Assembly: GCF_006345805.1 (NCBI RefSeq) | Contig: NC_042999.1 | Span: 154,132,001 to 154,196,000 of the forward strand | Length of the DNA: 64,000 nt | Origin: Octopus sinensis | Taxonomy: Eukaryota | Reading direction: 5' to 3' | In this document: positions 50,323 to 63,228 of the stretch, one piece after another | Layout of the letters: each line of letters starts with the position of its first letter | Numbering within the stretch: the stretch's first letter is position 1 | Program-made: the position numbers and the translations under genes | The notes under the pieces: model-generated | What the model saw: only the letters and a program-made list of their open reading frames with translations | The model's database searches: none | Told to the model about the DNA's origin: nothing

Positions 50323-53300
50323 TTAAAAAATAGAGCAAGTGACTCCATTATTTAGTTAATGCCTTGTCACGTAAAAAGCACTGGTCCTGGTGTCACATAA
50401 AAGGAACCCAGAAAACTGTAAAATAGTTGGCATTAGGAAGGGTATCTATCTGTAGAAATCATGCCAAAACAGACTTCAAAACCTAGTGTGGCACCTGACT
50501 TTGCCAGCTTCAGTCAAATTGTCCAACCCATGGAATATGGACATTAAATGATGATCATGATGAGGACATCCGAGTTTAAACCTCATCAAGACCAGTTTTG
50601 TCATATTTTTCCATCACACAGCCATAAGGCAGCCTCACTTTACTGCTTAAAAACAGTAAAAAAGAAAAGCAAACATTTGAGAGATGTCTGTTAATTTGAA
50701 TACATGTTAACCTACCAGAAACAGCATTCCAAACCCATTCAAATGGAATAAAGTAGTCATAAGTAGACTATGCATGAAAATTAAAGAGATGGGACACCAT
50801 CATAGAAATTTTACAAGGTGAAACAAGACTGCTTTGGTAAGATCAGAACATTGAAGATTTTGAAATTCAAAGACTGTGTGTGTGTGTGAGAGAGAGGGGG
50901 GGAGAGAGAGAGAGAGCTCTCATGGTGGATATTCATGTGATCTTATTTCTTGGTCTTCAGAATGATATATTAGCTGAACTACGCTGCCTCCTCATGAACC
51001 CTGATCAAAAGTCTAGTGGGTCGGTCAGAGTTGACCAAGGGCTAAACACCAAAACAATTAAGAAAGAACTGAAAACTAAAAACAAAGTTGAAATTCTAAA
51101 CACTGATTGTCATTATCAGACTAATTATTTCATGGTTTCAAGATAATGTTAAAAATTCAACTTCAATCATCAGAGATAATTAAATATTCAGTATTTGTAT
51201 TTTTTCAATTAAAGATGGAATCACAAATCAAGATAAATAAATTAAAGAACTCAAGAATTAAATGTCATTGTAACTCAATTTCCCCAGTTATTCATCAATG
51301 GAGAACTTGGTATCAAAAGACAGAACACAAGTCCAATTTCTGTTAAAGGAAGTTTCCATGTTTTAGATAAAAAGATTTAAAATTAAATTAAATACCAAAT
51401 TATGCATTAGGTGCAGAGGTGGCTGTGTGGTCAAGAAGTTTGCTTCTGAACCACACGGTTTCAGGATCAGCCCCAGTGCAGGGCACTATGTGCAAGTGTT
51501 TTCTAATATAGCCCTAGATCAACCAAAGCTTCCTGAGTGGAATTTGGTAGATAAAGACTGATAGAAGCCCATCATGTGTGTGTGTGTGTCCGTGTCTTGA
51601 TATCACATGATAGTAGTAAATGAGTGTCACCCTCATACAAGCAGTGTCACTAAGTTCTAATATTCTGCATAAAAACATTTCTGGTCAGAGGATGATATTA
51701 CCTTGCTCGGCAATTAGTGAGGGTTGGCAACAGGTGGGGAAAAACAGGTAGAGAATATCTGCCTCAATTATCTCCATTTGATCCATGCAAGCATCAAAAA
51801 GTGGACATTAAAACAATGATGATGATGATGATGATTGTGGGCTCAGAACATTGTATGTCACTGGGGACTTTCTTAGGTCAAAATTGACCATCCATTTGTA
51901 CATGCTTATGTTTGGAAGTTTTTTTTTGTATTTTTTTAAAGAAAACTGATTTTTTTCCACGCATGCAAGACTGCTCTCTCCATCCCTTGGACTGATAGAG
52001 TTTGGCACCAAGCAATGTAGTTGAAGGCATTTGCTATCAGAATGCAAAAAAGCCAGGATAGACACCACAAGTTATCATTTCTGACCCTGTAATAATCTTG
52101 TCAATCCATTTGCCCACCAATCAGAAATTTTCAATTTTTATTTTATTTTATTTTTTTACTGACCTCATGAAACAGATGAAAGGCAAAGTTGATCTAAGCT
52201 GGATATGAACTTAGATTACAGAGTTACAACAAATACTGCTAGGCATTCTGTTCAACACTAATGTCCCCACCACCTCATCTGTATTAACATAAGACTCACA
52301 CCAGTGTGTTCCCCTTCTCCTCCCCTCTTTACACTTTAACGAACTCCCTGTTCACACACTCCTGTCCAATCCTTTCTGCTGCTCTCCTTTCAACCATCTC
52401 TTTGAGAATATGTATTTTGAGGGTATTCACTGCCATGTCATCATCATCACTCTTTCTCGCTCTCTCTCACTAACTGGAATAATCATGCATCTCCTCTACT
52501 GCCAGACACCTATTTCTGTCCTATCATATTTTAACCTCTCATCACCACCATCAACACCACTCTGTCTCTCAGCTGAGGTGGGGTCTTATCTGGTAAAATA
52601 TTTGGTGACCTCACTGCTGCTGGTGCCACATAGAAAGCACCAAGTATACTCTGTAAAGTGGTTGGTATTAGGAAGAGGCATCCAGCCATAGAAACTATGC
52701 CAAAGCAGACAGCACAGTTTGGTGCTGTCTTCTGATTTGCCAGTTCCTGTCAAACTGTCCAACCCACGCCAGCATGGAAAATGGACACTAAACAATGACA
52801 GTTACTGTGAATTAAAAGTTCTTTTTTTCCTCATCATCATTATAATCATTTCATGTCTGCTTTCCATGCTGACATGGGTTGGATGGTCTGACTGAGGACT
52901 GGCAAGCCAGGAGGCTACACCAGGCTCCAATCTAATTTCCATGCTGGCATGGATTGAATGGTTTGACAGGAGCTGGTCAGGCAAGGAGCCGTCCAGACTG
53001 CAATTGTCCCTTCAGACATGGTTTCTATGGTTGGATGTCCTTCATAACACCAACCACTATACAGAATGTGCTGGTTGCTTCTTATGTACCACATGTAAGA
53101 GTGCACTTACACAGCACCAGCATATTTTACATGGCAATGGTGCCTGTAAAGGACAAGCTTATATGTATGGATGGTAGTGATTTTACTTAGTTTGACGTCT
53201 CTTCTCAGATCACCACAACTCCCAGTCCCTTGCCATTTCCACATACAAAAAAAAACATAAAATAACAACGATGGAAGTTCACAGATTGTAATAACAATTA

Positions 53301-53412
53301 ATATGTATTTTATCAACTCCAGACAAGCAATCAGCAAAGCTGGCCTCAATGGGATTTCAAATTGCAACATAAATGGACATCACTAAATACCACAAGGCAT
53401 TTTGCCTATGCA

Positions 53413-53712
53413 ATGGCCCAGTGGTTAGGGTAGCAGACTCGCGGTTGGAGGATCGCGGTTTCGTTTCCCAGACCAGGCGTTGTGTGTGTTTATTGAGCAA
53501 AAACACCTAAAGCTCCACGAGGCTCCAGCAGGGGGTGGTGGCGACTCCTGTTGTACTCTTTCGCCCCAACTTTCTCTCACTCTTTCTTTCTGTTTCTTGA
53601 GTAACGCTGCAATGGATTGGTGTCCCGTCCAGCTGGGGGGGGGGGAACACATATGCCACAGAAACAGGGAAACCGGCCCCATGAGCCTGGCTAGGCTAGA
53701 AAAGGGCGCATA
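53413..53712 (+). mobile_element. tRNA-derived SINE with V-domain-like segment (family D)
   Basis: A box tggcccagtggttagg, B-box-like ggtttcgtttccc, gcaatggattggtgtcccgtccag and atgccacagaaacaggg motifs. Confidence 0.75.
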
Positions 53713-54359
53713 AATAAAATTTTGCCTATAATGCAACAGTTTCTTCCAGTCATTGAAATAACTATTATATATCAGAGACACAGAGTTCAAAACAAAATGA
53801 AGGTTGGGTTTATGTGTAAACAAAGAGCATTAAAGGCCTGATTAGAACAGATATAAACGCACAGAGCTAAATGTCAAATATCTATCTTTACAACAAATCA
53901 TTAAGAGGTTCAAATCTGTTTATCAATGGGAAATGTATAAACGACTAAGTCAGTCTTAACCTAATTCTAGTTGGCAAGAAAGAAAATAGATTTATCTTCT
54001 TGCACCAAATTCAGATCCTTCAGTCAGCCAACCTCTGCCCACTCCCTCTCCCTGTGTCTTTCTCTCCGCCTCTGTCTGCCTTTCTGTGTCTCTCTTCACC
54101 TCTCTCTCTCTTCCACTCTTTCTGTATCAGGCAGCACTGTGTGGTTAAATTCACTTAGCCACTACATGGTTAGGGGGTTCAGTCCCACTGTACTGTACCC
54201 TGGGTGTGTGACTTAGTGGTTAGGGTATTTGGCTTGGAAACAAAGTCCCAAGTTCATTCACTGGTTGCATGTTGTGTCCTTGAGCAAGACACTTTATTTC
54301 ACATTGCTCCAGTCCACTCATACATGTAATTCAAAAAGGCCAGCCTTGTTGTGTTCTGG

Positions 54360-54403
54360 ACACCTGATGAAGGTTGGAGAGTACATCAGCTGAAATGTTG
54401 TGT
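54360..54403 (+). ncRNA. Minimal type I hammerhead ribozyme, C15.2>U degenerate
   Basis: acac-CUGAUGA-a-ggttg gagagtacat cagct-GAAAU-GUU-gtgt. Confidence 0.7.
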
Positions 54404-54776
54404 TAGGACGAGGACAAATATGTCAAATGTATATAATGTTATTTATATTTCATCAACACCAAAGAATAAATAAACCCTAGATAAACTAGAACACAAAGGA
54501 GACAGATGAAACTTGGAGGAAAAGACCCCATGCAAGGCATCTATTTTCTTAGTTTGCTGTATTCATCAACAAATTTTTCCTCACATAAATCACTAACATA
54601 AGCTACCAAGAAAATGGTGTAGCTTTTTAATAGAAAATGGTAAGCAGAACAGCAATTAGTATCACCAACATAAATAGAACTGTTTATTGACTCAGATACC
54701 ATAGGTGAAGAATATCAATTTATTGGGAAAAACTGGCAAAATGGAATTGCTTGAATGACACGAAATTCATTTTTAC

Positions 54777-54863
54777 CTTGCCATAGCAGACAAACTATAA
54801 TGTACTTGTGAGAATGTAGAGACAGAAGCAATAGGTTCAGATGATGAAGGATTCATTACACAT
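54777..54863 (-). CDS. Candidate 87-nt exon (CVMNPSSSEPIASVSTFSQVHYSLSAMA)
   Basis: Polypyrimidine tract plus tag| acceptor, AAG|gtaaaa donor, one open frame, symmetric phase 2-2; no homology recognised. Confidence 0.25.
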
Positions 54864-56437
54864 CTAGTAATCCAAGAATATTGAGGGAAAGAAAAAAGAT
54901 GACTCTAGCAAATGCATGTGTGTTTGTACACGTGTTTATATATATATACATATATATACACACACGCGCAAATATTCTTTTCTACTCTAGGCACAAGGCC
55001 CGAAATTTTAGGGGATAGGGCCAGTCAATTAGATTGACTCCAGCACGCAACTGGTACTTTATTTATCGACTCCAAAAGGATGAAAGGCAAAGTCTACCTC
55101 AGCAGAATACAATATTAATGAAAAAGCATGAACAGACTATAATTTTATCAAATAAAAAAAAAACTATCTTAATCTTTCATTGGTTTCAGTAAGACTATGG
55201 CCATGTTGGGGTACCACCTTGAAGGCTTTTAGTCAAACAAATCAACACAAATACTTATACTTTTTTAAGCTTTGTACTTTTTCTAACATTCTAACAGTTA
55301 CTTTTCTCAAACCACTAAATCACAGGGACATAAACACACCAACACACACAATATGTATATGACAAGTTTCTTTCAATTTCCCTCTACCAAATCCACTCGC
55401 AAGGTATTGGTCAACCTAAAGTTATAGAAGACACTTGCCCAAGGCGCCACATAGTGGGACTGAACCCAACTTAAAAATACAACTGACTTTTAAATTTTAA
55501 GCACAGGCAGTGCCCCAGAATGGCCACAATCCTTTGACTGGAACAAGGAGATAAGAGTGAAAGGATTATATTGGAAGTACCATTTGAAGACTGCCTTTAG
55601 AGAGTATCACCAAGAGTTAATCTATGAGAGTCCATACATCATCCCTGAACTATATTCCTGAGGAGATGCCAACAGACAGAAACACTGATCTTTTGTATAA
55701 AACCTGTGTTGCTTATAGCAATTAGCTCACCTGTATATTCATTAGTACCAGAACATTTCACTGAAATACCTCAACACTGTGAAAACCACTTGGAAAATTA
55801 GTCTAAGACATCAACCTTTTAAAAGCCAGTAATGAACTCATTTTATTTCTTCAAAGCTAGCATAAAATACAAAATTTTATAAAATTTGCCCACAAAGCCT
55901 TTTGTTACCATATAGCCATTGAAATGTCCAGCCTTTGTTTCAACTTATTTATAAAATACGGAATTTAGTGAAATGGCTTTTGTCATAAACTGGTGTTTAG
56001 GACATAATTTGACACAAAATTAAGCAAGTTATAAATTTAAATGACAAGCTCCTTTGTTTTCATATTTCCGATGAAATACTAAATTCTTGTTCAAAATTAA
56101 TTGAAACAAAACCAGTGTAACATAACTCATTATTAGGCAGGTGTTTTGGGACATAATACAAGATTTTGAAGGAAGTTTTTGATTTAAATCACTTTAACCC
56201 TTTTGTTTCCATATTTCTGCCGAAATCCACTGCCTTTTAACACAAAATTTTGATGGACGGTTTTAATTTACAACAGCAGTTCTCAGCTATTTTTTACCTA
56301 TAGACCTCCTTTGATCCCCATTTTGTATGGTTGAACCTTTAAAGCCACCACCCAATGCTTAAAAAATCCTATAATATTTTTATAATATTATTAGAAATTG
56401 ATTAAAAAAGAAATTGTTAAAATATTCTAAAAGAATA

Positions 56438-56643
56438 CAGTAAACTCTCGACTATGTTCCAAAATCCCTGGCAATAGATGAAAATCTGAAGAAGAAACAG
56501 TACAGTACTGTATATATTTTTTTATTATTTTTATAATTTGTATATATTTTATTATAAATGCAAAACAACACCACAGAGGAATTGGCATACACTTAAATAA
56601 TAGACCGCGATGGTTAAACCGTGATATGGCGAGGGATTACTCT
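56438..56643. mobile_element. Degenerate Tigger/pogo-like MITE
   Basis: TA|cagtaaactctcgact ... aaccgtgatatggcgagggattactc; related to 16692-16930. Confidence 0.65.
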
Positions 56644-57942
56644 AACGAATTCATGGCACATAAATTTTAGCAACAAAATCATATGTGGACCCCGAGAGGT
56701 CATATGGGCTCCAGTTAAGAATCGCTGATTTGGATCACTTTTAAAATCACGAAGCCATTATGACTGAACCAGGGGCAGTCTCAGGCGGGTTGATAACAAA
56801 GGGCATTGTAAAAATCTTGACATAAATGGATAGGAACCAAAGTAGTGAAAAGTTTATTGACCAATCAGTAGAAACAACCAGAGCAGCTGTGGAAGATGAA
56901 AGAACACTCCAAAATGAAATTACTATTCAGTCTTGCCACCATCAACAACAGCAGTTGTTATGAAATCCTTTTATTACAAAATATGGGTCAATTCGCATAA
57001 CCTAAATACTTCATTCAAAACGTATGTAATCGCAACTCTGCCCCCCACCCCGTCCCACTACAATCCCCTCCCCGCCTCAGAGGTTTTGAATCGGTCACGG
57101 GGAATTTTATTTATTATTTTTTTTTTTAATGCTCGAGTTAGTAACTAAAGGAATTAACCAGATAAATTTAGTCTTTGTTCAGGCGTGGCTGTGTGGTAAG
57201 AAGCTTGCTTCCCAACATGGTTCTGGGTTCAGTACCACTGCATGACACGTTGGCCAAATGTCTTCTATAACTTGGGCAAACCAAAGCCCTGTGAGGGAAT
57301 CTGGTTTGTGGAAACTGAAAGAAGCCTATTGTGTGTGTGTGTATGTGTGTGTGTGTATGAGTATGTCTTTGTGACTGTGAGTGCCCTCACCATTGTTTGA
57401 TAATTGGTGTCGGTGTGTTTACATCCCTGAAACTTAGCAATTTGGTGAAAGAGACCAATGAAATAATTACCAAGTACCGGAGTTGATTTGCTCAACTAAA
57501 ATTCTTTATGGTAGTGCCCCAGCCTGGCCACAGTCAAATCACTGAAACCAGTATAAATAATAAAAGCAAGGGTAGGATTTCAACTGAAGAAAACTTTTAT
57601 CACACATAATGCCCGTGTATAGATAGGTTTGAATCATGTCAAAACAAAATTTTAACTGACAAGGAAACAAAACAGAAATGAGTCATCCATTCTTATAAAA
57701 CAGACAGCAGGGTTGAAAGCATGATATAAGAGTAATTTTCTTGTGCAAAGATTAAGAGAGTTTTTGTATTGAAAAGAAAGAGGAGTTGTACGTTTATATA
57801 GCCCAGGTGACATCTCAGCAAGATAAAATTTTATTGAAATACCGGATTTGTAGCTTCGAGTTATTTGCAAGACAGAAAATTTGCTCTTAAATCCACATAG
57901 CCTACACACACATACATATATACATATATATATAGGCTATCT

Positions 57943-57973
<31 letters not shown>

Positions 57974-58495
57974 ACAATGATAGTCTGCGAAAGGTGAGAG
58001 GAAAATATGTTTAAGAAATGTTTGCATTGAAATCATTATCCTCACTAAGAAAATAAGAACAAGTTTGTAATTGAAGTTTTATATACTTTCCTGAGTACAC
58101 ACACACACACACAATTATATCTAGTACAAGATAATATCATAGTGCAAGTCATGTATAACAGACATATATATATATATACACACACACATATACAGGCACA
58201 CATATACCTAGTGTAGTTATAACTTACACGTATACATACCTACACACACATGTATATACATATATACACATATACACACACATACACATATCTCATCATC
58301 CTTGTTTAACATCCACCTTCGAATGTTGGCATGGGTTGGACGGTTTGACAAGGAGCCACCCAGGTAGAAGACCACCCCAGGCTTATTGTGTCTCTTTTGG
58401 CATGGTTTTTATGGTTGGATGCCCTTCCTAACACCAACCACCCTGCAGAGTGGGCCGAGTGCTTTCAGGAGATTTGTTCAAAATGTATCAGGACT

Positions 58496-58509
58496 GTTGC
58501 TATGGTAAC
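58496..58509. promoter_or_regulatory. RFX X-box consensus match
   Basis: GTTGCTATGGTAAC in non-repeat sequence. Confidence 0.35.
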
Positions 58510-59548
58510 AGAGCTAAATTAGGCAGAGTGAAGCCGTTTGGCACAGATTGATCTTGAACTGTCTTACCTGCAAACTAGGTTATTACATTCTTGCTTACCT
58601 GTTATTTATAGTAGTGCTTGGAAGTAGAATAGGGTATAGTCTTCTCAGCTAATTTATTCTATAGCCCTGGGTGGATCACTGCCTTGTGGTGTGGAAGCCC
58701 ATACATGTGTGTGTCTCTTGAGGTATGCGTATGTCCCCCCCCATACCCACTGCTTAACAACTGTTGGTTAGTTTACATCCCTGCTTCTTAGCAATTCATC
58801 AAAAGAGATTGATAGATTAAAAAAAATTTGTAGGTGCTGATTTGTTCAGCTAAATGCTTCAAGGTGGTGCCCCAGCATGACCACAGTCCTATGACAAACA
58901 AGTAAAAGTTCAAGATACTCTAAACATATCTCAGACATACAGGTTCTCAGTATGCCCTCATTTAGAGGCAGTTTAAAAATACCAATGTGAAATAGTGCAA
59001 CTATTTATACTGATAGTAATGGATTCAGCTCGTGCCAAATGTGAAATCAACAGTAAAGTGATATTCTAAATATATACGGTGGATTTTACACTTGAATGAA
59101 CCTTCAAGGTTAAATGCTCAGATCGAAAACCTTTGCTGCTAGAAGACAAATCATTTACTTGTTTTTTTTTCCAATAAACAATTATTGATATATATACACA
59201 TAGATGTGTGTGTGTGTGTTTATGAATAAATATGTATTATATATGTGTGTATATATATGTTTATAAATACACATACACACACATTATACATCGTTTTTAG
59301 AAAAACAAATCCAGAGAAGCAGCATACTCTAAGAAGTAGAGCAGTCTATATTTTTCCGTGTGAAGGCCTGTTTATGGGGTTATCCTGGGCTTCCCATTCA
59401 TAAAGGGTTTCACTTTATGGCCTATGACCTCTTTAACATATTTTCAAGAAGTCATAATAGGCCAACAGGTCTTGGGGTATAAACCATAAAGTTAAACCCT
59501 TTATGGACAGGAAACCCAGAGTAACCCCATAAATCTGCCTTTACCAGG

Positions 59549-59579
<31 letters not shown>

Positions 59580-59589
59580 TATTAGTGAA

Positions 59590-59905
59590 GGCACATGGCT
59601 CAGTGGTTAGAGTGTCAAACTTACGATCGTGGGGTTGTGAGTTTGAATCCCAGACCGGGCTGCGTGTTGTGTTCTTGAGCAAGACACTATATTTCACGTT
59701 GCTCCAGTTCACTCAGCTGTAGAAAGGAGTTGCGACATCACAGGTGCCAAACTGTATCGGCCTTTGCCTTGGATAACATCAGTGGCGTGGAGAGGGAAGG
59801 TCAGTATGCATGGGCGACTGCTGGTCTTCCTCAAACAACCTTGCCCAAACTTGGGAGGGTAACTTTCTAGATGCAATCCCATGGTAAGTCATGACCAAAG
59901 GGGGT
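59590..59905 (+). mobile_element. tRNA-derived CORE-like SINE (family E)
   Basis: tggctcagtggttagag ... gagtttgaatccc ... gttcttgagcaagacact. Confidence 0.75.
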
Positions 59906-59910
59906 CTCAG

Positions 59911-59956
<46 letters not shown>

Positions 59957-61632
59957 TCTGTAAATTGGTTGCATTAGGAAGGGCATGCAGCCCTAAAAAC
60001 CAGGCCAAAGCAGACAGTAAAACTTGGCACAGTTCCCTGGCTTGCCAACTATTGTCAAACCATCCAACCCATGCCAGTATGGAAAACGGATGAATGATGA
60101 TGATAAGATGTGTGTGAGAGTCTTTGTTTTTGTTGCTGCCCCACACCACCACCACCAGTTTCCAATAGATGTACCAAACTGCACAAGTCCCAGACAAAAA
60201 GTGCTGAGGGCAATTTATTCAACTAAAATGTTCCAAGGCAGTGCCCCAGCAGGGCTGAATCCAGTGACTGAAACATGAAAATGATAAAAAGATAAAAGGT
60301 GGCATGCTCCAGCATGGCCAGAGCAGCCATGGCTAAAACCAACAAAAGAAAGAACTATTGATTTCAGTATAGAAACATTAATCGTGTTGACTAAATGTAG
60401 CACTGATATTATTTTCCACGATGCTATTTATATATATGAAATTTCCGCAGTATATTAAAATACCCTCCTTGTTGTTATTGAGTCTCAAGTCTGCTCTTAT
60501 ACAGTAGACATATGATGAAAACTGTTCGAATCATGAACACCTCATCTGGTGTTTGCACATGCATGGGTATAAGCTTCCATTCTTATTTCTTTATTGCTCA
60601 CAAGAGGCCAAACAAGGACAGACAAAGTGATTAAGTCAATCACATTGACTCCAGTGCATAACTGGTACTTAATTTATCGACCCCGAAAGGATGAAAGGCA
60701 AAGTTGACCTCGGCAGAATTTAAACTCACAACGTAATGGCAGACGAAATACCGCAAAGCATTTCACCCGGCTTGCTAAAGTTTCTGCCAGCTCGCCGCCT
60801 TGCATCCTTTCAGGGTCGATTAAATAAGTACCAGTTACACACTGGAATCAATATAATCGACTTAATCTGTTTGTCTGTCCTTGTTTGTCCCCTCTGTGTG
60901 CAGCCCCTGGTGTGGGTAGTAAAGAAATAAGAAACAGCAACTCAATCCCAAAAGAACGCTTGCATTCTAACCATAAAGTTTCAGATCCTGTCCTATGGTG
61001 TGACATCTTAGGCAAGTGTCTTCTACTATAGCTGTATGCTAACTGAAGCTTTTCATCATTATCAGCACCATTTAACGTCCATTTCCCATGCTGGCATGGG
61101 TTGGACAGTTTGACAGGAGCTAGCAAGGCCAGGGGCTGCACCAAGCTCCACTGTCAGCTTTGACATGGTTTCTACAGCTGGACGCCCTTCCTAATGCCAA
61201 TCTCTTTTAGTGTGTACTGGGTGCTTTTTACAAAGCAGCAGCACAGGTGATTTTTATGTGGCACTGGCACCAACATCAAATAGACGGAAACTAGAAGAAG
61301 CCAGCTGCACACGTGTGTGTACTCATTTCAATGGTTGTAAACAAGCATGACTGTCATATAAACAATGTTGTCTGTTCCCCATCTTCCATGAAAAACATGT
61401 CTAGCCATGGGTCAATGTTAACATGCCTATAAACAGGTGAGGGTTGCTGACAGGGAAGGCATCTGGCCATAGAAAGTCTGCCTCAGCAAATTCCATCTGA
61501 CCCATGCAAGCATGGAAAAGTAGACACTAAATAATGAAGAGGACAATGAATATATCTATGACTAAATTATCAAAAGCGTCCTTTTGTAATCTGAGAGAGA
61601 ATTCATCTTCCTTTGGGATTGGACTGCTGTTT

Positions 61633-61868
61633 CTTATTTCTTTACTACCCACAAGGGGCTGCACACAGAGGGGACAAACAAGGACAGACAAACGGATTAA
61701 GTCGATTATATCAACCCCAGTGCATAACTGGTACTTAATTTATCGACCCCGAAAGGATGAAAGGCAAAGTCGACCTCAGCAGAATTTGAACTGATAACAT
61801 ATCGGCATACGAAATACCACTAAGCATATAGCCCGGTGTGCTAACGTTTCTGCCAGCTCGCCGCCTTA
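61633..61868 (-). mobile_element. SINE-B with 21-bp TSD
   Basis: tttgggattggactgctgttt (61612) / tttgggattgaactgttgttt (61869). Confidence 0.9.
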
Positions 61869-62923
61869 TTTGGGATTGAACTGTTGTTTATACCAAGTCA
61901 AGCAACCACACAAAGGGTTCTTCTCTGGCTGTGCCTTTCCTCATCCTGACTTATCATTTAGCCCCAAGCCAATCCTGATCAAGGAGACCTATCATCAAAC
62001 ACACTACAGCTGTGACCATCCCATCAGGGAAGGGAATCTACATTATCCAATACGTCCAACTGTATGGTATTATTTGAGGAAGGTTTGGTTGCTATTCTTG
62101 GCACATCACAAGACAAGCCATTGGCTCCCATGCTAGTTTGTTCCATCCTTGCCCATTATACAGAAAGCTACAAGTATTTCTATAAGGCATTCCCTTCTTG
62201 TTACTAACTGGTTTTAACATTTAACTGTGAAACAGTTAATACAATCTAACCCAAAAATGTCTATTGTTCATAATTCTTCACACTTCAAATATTACGACTG
62301 TTATGGAAAGGAAGATAAAATTGAAAGCTTCGACAAGCTCAGGGGATTTACTACGTTGGAACAGGATTAGTGCATGCAAGCAATTATAATCTCTAGCAAA
62401 GTATTGCAGCAAATATCGGCATTTCAATAATCTATATACATATATGGATATCATCATTATCAATTTAACATCCATGGATGGAGTTTATCGAGGCAGATTT
62501 TCTATGGCCAGATGCCCTTCTTGTGGCCAACCCTCACCCATTTCCAAGCGAGATAATATTTCCCCATGGTTAGACATGATTTTGCAGAAATGAATGACAC
62601 TGCTTGTATGACAGTGATGCTCATTTACAACTATCATGTGATGTCAAGACAAGGGTACACAAACATATGCACACACAGACACACCTGACAGGCTTCTTCC
62701 AGTTTCCATCTATCAAACCCACTAAATGGGCCTCGGTTGGCCCAGGGCTGTAGAAGACACATGCCTAAGGTTCCGCATGGTGGCACTGAACCCAAAACCA
62801 TGAAGCTAGGAAACAAACTTCTTAACCACACAGCCATGCTAGTGCACAAAATACAATTACTTTCAGTCATATGTCAACCACCATACTGGAGCACCAACTT
62901 GAAATCAAAAATATACTCTAGAT

Positions 62924-63228
62924 CAGTGGAACTCAAAGTGGTGGTCTGTGAGTCATCAGCTGCTGGTATACAGTAAGTTTTCAGAAAAGAAATAAACAAT
63001 AGCATAATTTCACTAACTTCACCTTATTCACTGCAGTAAACAACTTATCAGCTTATGTTATATTATATTATTTGTTTACCAAATAAATATAAAATAAGAT
63101 AAATTGTGAGCTTTTATTATATTCATTATATATACATATAGTTTCCCGTATAAATTAATATTACTAAGAAATGTTACCGGTCCCTGGCACATTGGAAAAA
63201 AAAGCTGCCAGTAGTTTAAGAAGCACTG
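62924..63228. mobile_element. hAT-type MITE
   Basis: Termini cagtggaactcaaag / gtttaagaagcactg; TSD ctctagat / ctcaagat. Confidence 0.8.

Noticed and set aside
55731-55760. 30-nt candidate microexon with strong CAG|gtgag donor (minus)
   Set aside because: Phase 1-1 does not join the 54777-54863 candidate; could be chance.
56484-56515. CTGAAGA-a-GAAAC-AG...CTGTA hammerhead-like string
   Set aside because: No stem II, no stem I pairing, and it lies inside a Tigger-like MITE; likely chance.
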